Source: Longimicrobiales bacterium (GTDB lineage Bacteria > Gemmatimonadota > Gemmatimonadetes > Longimicrobiales > Gaopeijiaceae). From it: a stretch of DNA of 64,000 nucleotides. The notes under the pieces were generated by a model. That model was not told where the DNA came from. It made no database searches and saw only the letters and a program-made list of their open reading frames with translations. Every line of letters begins with the position of its first letter. The stretch's first letter is position 1. Location of the stretch: assembly GCA_965203485.1 (NCBI GenBank), contig OZ241892.1:544001-608000 (forward strand), given 5' to 3'. The position numbers were made by a program, and so were the translations under genes. Shown here in pieces: positions 56,881 to 64,000 of this stretch.

Positions 56881-58040
56881 TTCCCGTCGATGGCGACGCC
56901 GAAGCGGTCGAGCACGGCGTCGATGGGGTTGGCGAGCGTGCTGGCGTCGCTACCCGCGAAGAGCAATCCGACGGGACGGCGGTCCTGTCCGGCGGCGCCC
57001 CCGGTCACGATCAGCGACCCCGAGTCGCCCGGTCCGGAGAATCCCGGCTGGGAGACCACGATCTGACCCGAGAAGCGTGCTTGGCCGTCGCGGAACCCGA
57101 CGTTCACGGTGGCGTTGAGACCGGTGATGCGGCCAGTGGTGTGGCCGGTGGTGCGTCCGTACTTCTGGACCGCCATGCCGAGCCGGGGCGCGACGGTCGC
57201 CTCTCGGGGAATCCCGTAGCCCCCCGGAGGCGTGCCTTGTCCCAGCTGGGCCGTCGTGGTGGCCGCGACGGCAGCGTCGATGCGGTTCTCGGGACAGGCG
57301 GGGAAGGGGAGGCAGAAGCGGATCGGCTCGAAGTCGTGCAGCCGCCCAATCGCGTCCGCCGGTGCGGCGCCGCCGTCGATGCGGCCCGGTTGCAGGATGT
57401 GGTCGCCGGGGCTGGCGTCGTTCTTGTTTGCGAAGACGTGGTTGTTGCTGAGCGCGAAGACGCGGTCTCCGGAGCGGACCCTCGCCCCGATCGTGCCCGC
57501 CGTCACGTCCACTTGGCCCGCGGAGACGCCGATCGGCACCGGCCGGGGGAACGGCTTGCGGGGGTCGGCCGGTGGGCCGCCGGGCGTACCCCGGCCGTCT
57601 GCAGAGGCCGGGGTGTCGCGGGCGGCGACCTCGCTCGGGGCTGGCGCGTCGCCCAGCGCCCAGAACCGCCCCGTGACCTCGGTCGTCACCGGGAATCCGT
57701 CGAAGCTGGCGGGCACGGCGGCGGCGCCGGGCGCCGTGAGGAACACCTTGACGATCGGCCGGCCGCCTGGACCGAGCGCCACGGCGGTGCCCGCCACGCC
57801 GGGGAGATCCAGCAGGTCCTGGCCGTATCGCTCCTGAACCGCCATTGCGGCATGGAGATCGCCGTGGCTCTGCCGCGCACCTTTCTCGGCCCACCAGTTG
57901 CGCAACCCCGGGCCTGCTCCCATGCCGTCCAGGGCCAGCGCGGCCGCCAGTGCGCCAACTCGCGCCCAGCGCCATGTCCCCGTTCGGCGCTTTCGTTGCG
58001 CGACGACCGTCCAGCGCCGCGCCGGCTGTGGACTTTTCAT
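56877..58040 (-). CDS. Trypsin-like (S1/PA clan, Nal1-like) serine protease with an N-terminal prodomain
   Basis: Catalytic triad motifs LSNNHV, IDAAV, GDSGS; KYGRTTGHTTG; GLLFAGS. Confidence 0.88.
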   Translation of the reverse strand: MKSPQPARRWTVVAQRKRRTGTWRWARVGALAAALALDGMGAGPGLRNWWAEKGARQSHGDLHAAMAVQERYGQDLLDLPGVAGTAVALGPGGRPIVKVFLTAPGAAAVPASFDGFPVTTEVTGRFWALGDAPAPSEVAARDTPASADGRGTPGGPPADPRKPFPRPVPIGVSAGQVDVTAGTIGARVRSGDRVFALSNNHVFANKNDASPGDHILQPGRIDGGAAPADAIGRLHDFEPIRFCLPFPACPENRIDAAVAATTTAQLGQGTPPGGYGIPREATVAPRLGMAVQKYGRTTGHTTGRITGLNATVNVGFRDGQARFSGQIVVSQPGFSGPGDSGSLIVTGGAAGQDRRPVGLLFAGSDASTLANPIDAVLDRFGVAIDGK

Positions 58041-58174
58041 GTCTTCCCGTACCGTCGTTCGTCCCGACAAAGCGATGCATGCAACCGCCCAACCTGCGGC
58101 CCGCCGTCCTATAATCTACGGCTCGCCCGTGGCCCGGTTTCGCCCAGCGGCGCAGGCGCCCTGCAGTCACGAGA

Positions 58175-58810
58175 CTAGGAGCAGGGCTCGCCCGCCGTCG
58201 GCCGAGCCGGGCGCACGAAGATGTACGACCGATCCGCGCCGAACATGGTGTACCGCTTGCCTCCCACCGTGGTCGTCGTCATCGGTTCCCGACCTGGCCT
58301 TCAGGATCACGACGCTGTCGGCGAACATCCCGAGATGCTTTCGGTTGCCCGAACGGGTATCGTTCTTCCGCAACGCCTAGCAACCAGTCGCCCTGTCCAC
58401 CGCCGCCGCCGCCGTTCCCCACGTAGGCGTTTCCACAACGAGCCGACCGTCGGCGGCCAGAAACAGGCTGCTGTACCCGTAGCTGAAGCGCGATCCGGTG
58501 GAAGCTTCCATTCTTCTCTCGGGCAACCTCCATCGCCTCCGCTGGAATCGCAGCCGCCCGCGGTTTCGCTCCCAGCGTGTGCTCCGCAAGGACGTGGTTG
58601 TAACCGTCCAACCTATATGCAACCGAATCAACACATGCCAGAAACGATAAGCTGCTGGCTCTCGCGACATCGGTCGCAGAGGCCACGGTAAAGTCCAACT
58701 CTCGTCCCAGCTTCCCCCCCAATGCAACGCTTTCGCCGTTGTCGCCACGGAACACCATGCCCTGTTGCAGTGGGACGGTCGGCCGGCCGTTGATACGCAG
58801 AGATGCGCTC
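58175..58810 (-). pseudogene. Degraded gene for an unknown beta-rich protein
   Basis: Protein-like pieces in three frames, an in-frame TAG at 58377-58379, and a plausible C-terminus ...YIFVRPARPTAGEPCS* ending at 58175. Confidence 0.45.
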
Positions 58811-59046
58811 CCGCCGCCTCGACCAAGCGGGCCCCGCCGCCAAGGCGCCCCCGCAACGCCTTGCAGACCGGTCGCGGGCCGTTGCCAAGCCCTGCCGCAC
58901 CGCCCCACCGGAGGCTCCACGACTCGCCGGAGCCCGCCAATCCCCATATTCTCTGCCAGGCACTAGGTTCTACGCGCTGGCATGGAGACCGGGAACGGAC
59001 GGCCGGAAACTCGGGAGCCCGCGGGCGCGTCGTGTCGAGGAGAGCG

Positions 59047-59967
59047 ATGGAGACGATCCGGATACCCAACAGCGCGACCTACCTGCCGGTCTCGCTGACC
59101 GACGTGATCTTCGCCGCGCCCCTGGCGTCGCGGATACTTCTCGGGGCGACGTTGCCCGGCCGCGTGCTCCAGGCGGCAGCGGCGGGGGCGTACCTGGGCA
59201 GCGCGGCCGGCGACTGGGCGGCCCGGCGGGGCGTGAAGAAGATCGACTTCATGTCGGCGTTCGGAGCCGACGTCCGTCACATGGACGAGATGTCCGAGGA
59301 TGAGAGGCGGGCGGACGCGTTGCGTTGCGCCGAACAGCTGATGAACGTGTACGAACCGGTCGGCGGAGACCGGGCGGGGCTCGCTTCGGACGCCAACGAG
59401 AGGCTCACCACGTACATCGCGGGCATAACCGGCCAGCGAGTGGAGACCAGCAGCGAGTTTCGGGCCAGGACCTTGGCGGGCATGTTGCTCCCGTTCGCCG
59501 CAGGAAGTTGCGACGTCCTGTCGGGCGACATTGCGGTGTTGCGGAGCACAGGCGTGTTCGACGCGCATGTCCTGGCGCACGAGTTCTGCCACCGGAAGGG
59601 CTACTACAAGGAGTTGGAGGCCCAGGCCCTGGCCTACCTGGCCCTGTCTTCCTCGCGCGACCCGCGCCTTCGGCAAGCGGCCTTGGCCGAGCGGGCGTAC
59701 CGGAACCTGCGCGTGCTCGACGAGGGGAGTTCCGAGCGCTTCGGCGAGCTGGTGGACGAGACGGCGCTCTCCGGCCCCGTGCGGGACGACTTCCTGCGGT
59801 TGCGTCCGCCTGGCGCGCGCGAGGGCCGGTTCGCGGCCGCGATGCGCGATCTGTACGACTCGCGCATGAAGATGACGGGCCAGAACGGCATTTCCGACTA
59901 CGATCTGGGGTTCACGAACTTCCTCTACACGTACGAGACGGCGCGCGAGGAGGGACGCGTTGCCTGA
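59047..59967 (+). CDS. DUF3810-like putative zinc metallopeptidase
   Basis: AHEFCHRKGYYKELEAQALAYL (HExxH followed by E). Confidence 0.75.
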   Translation: METIRIPNSATYLPVSLTDVIFAAPLASRILLGATLPGRVLQAAAAGAYLGSAAGDWAARRGVKKIDFMSAFGADVRHMDEMSEDERRADALRCAEQLMNVYEPVGGDRAGLASDANERLTTYIAGITGQRVETSSEFRARTLAGMLLPFAAGSCDVLSGDIAVLRSTGVFDAHVLAHEFCHRKGYYKELEAQALAYLALSSSRDPRLRQAALAERAYRNLRVLDEGSSERFGELVDETALSGPVRDDFLRLRPPGAREGRFAAAMRDLYDSRMKMTGQNGISDYDLGFTNFLYTYETAREEGRVA

Positions 59968-60598
59968 AGCGGCGAGCAGTGCGCCGGCGCCGCGCGCGCA
60001 GACGCCGCCCGGCCGGGAGCGGGACCTGTCGATGCACGGGAAGGCCGCGAGAGACTTGGCCTACATCCGCCGGACGATGGACGGGTCTGCGCGGTTCACG
60101 GCGGTCTCGGGTTGGGGCGGCGTGGGGACGGGAGCCGTGGCGTTCGCGGCCGCGCCCTTTGCCGCGGTGCGGGCCGGTCCGGCGGAATGGCTGGTCGTCT
60201 GGCTGGCGGCGGCGTTGGCGGCGATTCTCGTCGGCGGCGGCGCGGTCGCGCTGAAGGCGAGGCGCACCGGCCAATCGCTGGCGGCGGGCGCGGGACGGCG
60301 CTTCTTGTTCGGGCTGGGACCGCCGCTGCTGCTCGGGGCGTTGCTCACGGTCGCGTTGTGGGAAGCCGGGCAGGTCGCGCTCATGCCTCCGATGTGGCTC
60401 CTCGTCTACGGCACCGCGCTCACGACGGCCGGCTCCCACAGCGTCGGCGCGGTCCTCGCGATGGGCTTCGCCTTCCTGGCGTTGGGCGCCGCCGCACTGG
60501 AAGCCGGGCCCGCGTGGGGCGACCACTTCATGGCGGTCGGCTTCGGAGGCGTCCACGTGGCGGGCGGCTTGGCGGTTCTGCTGAAGCATGGCGGATAG
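59960..60598 (+). CDS. Multi-pass membrane protein
   Basis: DLAYIRRTM, about 6 TM helices, WLLVYG, GFGGVHV. Confidence 0.82.
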   Translation: MPEAASSAPAPRAQTPPGRERDLSMHGKAARDLAYIRRTMDGSARFTAVSGWGGVGTGAVAFAAAPFAAVRAGPAEWLVVWLAAALAAILVGGGAVALKARRTGQSLAAGAGRRFLFGLGPPLLLGALLTVALWEAGQVALMPPMWLLVYGTALTTAGSHSVGAVLAMGFAFLALGAAALEAGPAWGDHFMAVGFGGVHVAGGLAVLLKHGG

Positions 60599-60989
60599 CG
60601 CGCGGCACGAACGCGACAGGGACTCCTACGGCGCGGGCGCGCCGCCGGACAATGCCGGGGCGGTTCGCGGGGCCTCGGTGCTCGACAACGTCATTCACCA
60701 GCGCGTTCGGCTGGGGATCGCCTCGGCCCTCGCTTCTGGAGAGGCGCTGAGCTTCACCCGGCTCAAGGACCTGCTGTGCCTCACCGACGGCAACCTGAGC
60801 GTGCACCTGCGAAAGCTCGAGCAGGCGGGCTACGTGTTGAGCGCGAAGAGCCGCACCGAGCCGGGCTCCACGGCGGTCTCGCGCTACCGCCTGACCGCTT
60901 CCGGCCTGGGCGCGTTGCGCGCCTACCTCTCGCAGATGGAGGCGATCATCGAAGCGGCGCGCGGCGAGGGGCCGCAGGAGGGGCTGTAG
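60588..60989 (+). CDS. Winged-helix transcriptional regulator (HTH_34, MarR/ArsR-like)
   Basis: LDNVIHQRVRLGI, TDGNLSVHLRKLEQAGY, YRLTASG. Confidence 0.9.
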   Translation: MADSARHERDRDSYGAGAPPDNAGAVRGASVLDNVIHQRVRLGIASALASGEALSFTRLKDLLCLTDGNLSVHLRKLEQAGYVLSAKSRTEPGSTAVSRYRLTASGLGALRAYLSQMEAIIEAARGEGPQEGL

Positions 60990-61014
60990 TTCGGCGCGAG
61001 AAGGAGGGCCGCCC

Positions 61015-63234
61015 TCAGAGGAGATCGGCGATCGACGGGGCGGCGGAGAAGACCAGCTCGAAGCCGCCGCCGGGGATGCCCCAAGCGCAGTCGGCCCGGA
61101 CGAGGTTGCCCAGCAGGCCGAGGCCGAAGCCGGCGTAGCCCTTTGGTCCCCTGGTGGCGCGAAGGCGCCACGCCCCCTCCGCCGTCCGCCCCGGGTCGGC
61201 GCTGAACGTGGTCGGCAGGGCCGAGGCGGCGCCGGCCCCGGCGACCAGTCTTGCGGAGAGTCGCCCGGGCGCGACGGCGATCGCGGCTTCGGCCCGGGCC
61301 AGCACGTAGCGCGAGCCCGCGTAGCCGCGAAACGGGTGCCCGGGCAGACTGCCGCTCCCGCCCAGGAAGTAAAGCATGTGAGCGGGCACGGCGCCCCACG
61401 CCGCTCCGGCCCCCAGCGTCGCTCCGGCCTCGCGTTCCAGGTTGGCGCTGGAAGCTCGAAGCTCCAACTCCGCTTGCAGTTTGCTCACGCCGCGCCCCCG
61501 CCACTTGGCCGCCGTCGCCGCGGTGGCCAAGTGGGCTCCCCATCCGCTCCCGCGCCAAGCACGCTCGAATTCGGCTTCGACGCCGGCGAACATGCCCTCC
61601 TCCACGGCCCGCACCGGCCGGAACGCGCGGCCTCCCCAAGCGGCGTCGAACAGCGCCTGACCCGTTGCCCGGTGCTGCTCGCCGAACGCGGCGGCCCGCC
61701 CCACGGCGTCCGTGCCCGCGCCGAATTGGGCGCCCGCCCGCCATCCATGGGCAAACCAGGGATCGGCGTAGTCGCGCCCGAACACCGCGGCCACCGTGTT
61801 CACCAGCCCCGGCGCTCCCGGCAACGGACCCAGATCGCGAGGTTGCCGGGCGAACGCTTCGGCGCGCCACTCCGCGCCGCCCGCCGTCCACGTCCCGCGC
61901 AGTGTTGCCGAGACTCGCCGTGCCCCCCGGCCGGCCAGGCCTCCGGCGCCGCCGACCGCCTCGAGCTTCGGCCAAGCCGGAGACGGCGAGAACGACGCGC
62001 CCAGCCCCAGATGCAGTCCCTCGGCGCGGTTGGCCCGCAGCACCGACGAGAAGCGGTCCGCATGGAGCCGCAGCCTGGGCAGCCGGCCGGCCAGCCGGGT
62101 CCGCGCCGCCGCCCGGACCTCCGTCTCCAGCCGTGCCAGGCTCACGGGCGTGAGTCCCTCGCCGGCCAGCTCGTCCATGAGACCGCCGTCGAACGCGGCG
62201 GCTTGGCCTTCCTCGGGCGGCGCGAACGACACGCGCGGTCCCAAGAGGAGCTCCGGCTCCACCCGGGGCTGCAAGTCGTAGGACGCGACTTGGAGGACCG
62301 CCCGGATCACGCTGCCGAAGGGGAGGTCGAGCCCAGGCTGCTCGCGGCGCACCTCGATCCGCTGGCGGTAGGGCAGCCAGTAGCCTTCGTCCCAGAGCGC
62401 GTGCTCCAAGACGACGCGAACGTAGTCCGACCTGGGATCCACGTAGGCGGACGGAGTGAAGGTGAACTCCATTCTTGCCAGCGCGCCGGTTTCCCGTTCC
62501 ACGAACAAGCTGCCCACGAACGCCGGCCGGTCGGGGCGGCGGGGCTCCACCTGCACCTCGTAGACGCGGACGGGCGCGTCGGCGCGCGGAAGGCGCATCG
62601 TCACGGAGTCCGCCAGCCGGTACCGGTAGAGTGCGGCCGCCGAGCGGCCGAGGGGGTGCGGCACGCTTCGCACGTCGAGGCCTTGGCCGATCTCGATCTG
62701 CTCGCCGTACCCGTCCGGGACGATCGTCAGCCGGTCCAAGTAGTACTCGAAGTCGCGGACAGGGAGCAGCTCCCGGCGGCGCTGGGCGCGCACGATCTGT
62801 CGCGTGACGCCGTCGGCGCCCCTGTACACGTCCACGACCGCTTGGTCGATGCGCAAGGGCACGGGGTCGCCGCCGTCCTCTCGGTCCAGGTAGAAGTAGA
62901 CGCGGCTTTGCGCGCGGGCCAGGTAGGCGACGGGCGGTGGATCGCGCCAGAGGGCGGAAGCCCGGGCCACGACCGCCAAAACGGCCGGTTGGTCGAAGGG
63001 AGCCTGCGCGGCGGCACGTCGCGGCGAACTGCCGGCGGACGCCGGGGCGAACCCCGCGGCGGGAACGAGCCGATGTCCGCGACAGGGCGCGACGACGACA
63101 TCGGACGCGGAGGCGCGCGGAGCCGCGAGCCGCACGGGCGAACCGGCGGCGAAACTTGGCGGAGCCGTGCCGGCCGCGAGGGCGCAGAGGAAGGACAGCG
63201 CGCCGGGAAGGCTCCCCCGGCGCGGCTTGGTCAC
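61015..63234 (-). CDS. Hypothetical exported or outer-membrane protein
   Basis: GTG overlaps the rpmB stop; signal-like N-terminus; beta-strand-rich C-half with [11 protein letters not shown]. Confidence 0.72.
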   Translation of the reverse strand: MTKPRRGSLPGALSFLCALAAGTAPPSFAAGSPVRLAAPRASASDVVVAPCRGHRLVPAAGFAPASAGSSPRRAAAQAPFDQPAVLAVVARASALWRDPPPVAYLARAQSRVYFYLDREDGGDPVPLRIDQAVVDVYRGADGVTRQIVRAQRRRELLPVRDFEYYLDRLTIVPDGYGEQIEIGQGLDVRSVPHPLGRSAAALYRYRLADSVTMRLPRADAPVRVYEVQVEPRRPDRPAFVGSLFVERETGALARMEFTFTPSAYVDPRSDYVRVVLEHALWDEGYWLPYRQRIEVRREQPGLDLPFGSVIRAVLQVASYDLQPRVEPELLLGPRVSFAPPEEGQAAAFDGGLMDELAGEGLTPVSLARLETEVRAAARTRLAGRLPRLRLHADRFSSVLRANRAEGLHLGLGASFSPSPAWPKLEAVGGAGGLAGRGARRVSATLRGTWTAGGAEWRAEAFARQPRDLGPLPGAPGLVNTVAAVFGRDYADPWFAHGWRAGAQFGAGTDAVGRAAAFGEQHRATGQALFDAAWGGRAFRPVRAVEEGMFAGVEAEFERAWRGSGWGAHLATAATAAKWRGRGVSKLQAELELRASSANLEREAGATLGAGAAWGAVPAHMLYFLGGSGSLPGHPFRGYAGSRYVLARAEAAIAVAPGRLSARLVAGAGAASALPTTFSADPGRTAEGAWRLRATRGPKGYAGFGLGLLGNLVRADCAWGIPGGGFELVFSAAPSIADLL

Positions 63235-63470
63235 ATGACGTCCTTGAGCGCCAGCCCGTTCTTCTTCAAGAAGGCCGTCAGCCCCACCTTGTCGATGGAC
63301 CGCAACGTCGAGGCGGACACCTTGACGCGGATCGACCTGCCCAGCTCGGGTACGTAGAGGCGCTTCCTCTGAAGGTTGGGCAACTGCCGCCGCTTGGTCT
63401 TGTTGTGGGCGTGCGAGACGTTGCAGCCGGTGAGCGGCCGCTTCCCCGTTACGTCGCACCTTCTGGACAT
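63231..63470 (-). CDS. rpmB: 50S ribosomal protein L28 (no CxxC pair)
   Basis: [27 protein letters not shown]. Confidence 0.97.
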   Translation of the reverse strand: MSRRCDVTGKRPLTGCNVSHAHNKTKRRQLPNLQRKRLYVPELGRSIRVKVSASTLRSIDKVGLTAFLKKNGLALKDVM

Positions 63471-63478
63471 CTCGTGAC

Positions 63479-63649
63479 CTACTTCTCTTCCCGGAAGAGG
63501 GCGTGACGGCGGATCACGGGGTCGTAGCGCTTGAGTTCCAGCCTCTTTGGCGTGTTCCGCTTGTTCTTGGTCGTGGTGAAGCGGTACGGGCTCTCCGTGC
63601 TGCACATCTTGACGGTGACGCGGGGCCCTCCCTTGCCCGACTTGGCCAC
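63479..63649 (-). CDS. rpmG: 50S ribosomal protein L33 (C- type)
   Basis: [38 protein letters not shown] with a GTG start. Confidence 0.96.
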   Translation of the reverse strand: MAKSGKGGPRVTVKMCSTESPYRFTTTKNKRNTPKRLELKRYDPVIRRHALFREEK

Positions 63650-63739
63650 GGCTCTGCTCCTTGGATGCCGGTTGCTTCGGCGCCGCCCGTGCCGCCCCCC
63701 TTGGCGCCGGGCGACGGGGCACGGAGAAGAATAGCCCCG

Positions 63740-63769
63740 TTGACTCCGCAAGTCCAGTGCGGCTACGTT
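63740..63769 (+). promoter_or_regulatory. Possible sigma70 promoter for L31-B
   Basis: TTGACT, 18 bp spacer, TACGTT. Confidence 0.4.
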
Positions 63770-63816
63770 TACAGGCTCGCGATTCTCCAAGCTTCCACGT
63801 TGGGCGCGCCGCAGAA

Positions 63817-64000
63817 ATGAAGAAGGGCATCCATCCCGAGTACCGGCCGGTCGTCTTCCAGGACGTCTCCACCGGATACGCTTTCCTGACCCGCTCGACC
63901 GCCGCCACGAAGCGGACCATCAAGTGGGAGGACGGCGAGGAGTACCCGCTCCTCACGCTTGAAGTGTCGTCCTCGTCGCACCCGTTCTACACGGGCACGC
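63817..64000 (+). CDS. rpmE2: 50S ribosomal protein L31 type B (partial, runs off the window; not in the ORF track)
   Basis: Hand translation [28 protein letters not shown]...[24 protein letters not shown], with no Cys. Confidence 0.95.
   Translation, partial: MKKGIHPEYRPVVFQDVSTGYAFLTRSTAATKRTIKWEDGEEYPLLTLEVSSSSHPFYTGT

Noticed and set aside
58110..58115. Perfect TATAAT on the + strand
   Set aside because: No -35 and no credible downstream + strand gene

Overview
GC-rich bacterial chromosome segment. Gene content and protein style suggest Gemmatimonadota (inference, not checked by search). About 1-28 kb is the core transcription/translation supercluster: rpoB 3' end, rpoC, rpsL-rpsG, fusA-tuf, S10, spc and alpha operons. 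It shows several departures: a reverse-strand penicillin-acylase gene splits the str operon, rpsN and infA are absent from their usual slots, tuf is compositionally anomalous, and RNA polymerase has non-canonical residues, including an alpha-CTD that lacks its DNA-binding determinants. About 28-39 kb holds nucleotide-sugar enzymes, a TPR lipoprotein, bamD, nadD, secA and radC. About 39-63 kb is accessory: a PhoB-like regulator downstream of a TonB-receptor/lipoprotein set, feoAB plus a Btu/Fec-type ABC importer, an FG-GAP/choice-of-anchor-B protein, a trypsin-like protease followed by a stand-alone copy of its own N-terminal domain, a pseudogene and a peptidase/membrane/HTH trio. The window ends in a cluster of zinc-motif-free ribosomal proteins (L28, L33, L31-B). 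No tRNA, rRNA, CRISPR array or transposase was recognised. The best candidates for something new are the protease plus free-prodomain pair, the degenerate alpha-CTD, the G-skewed tuf and the structured fusA leader.
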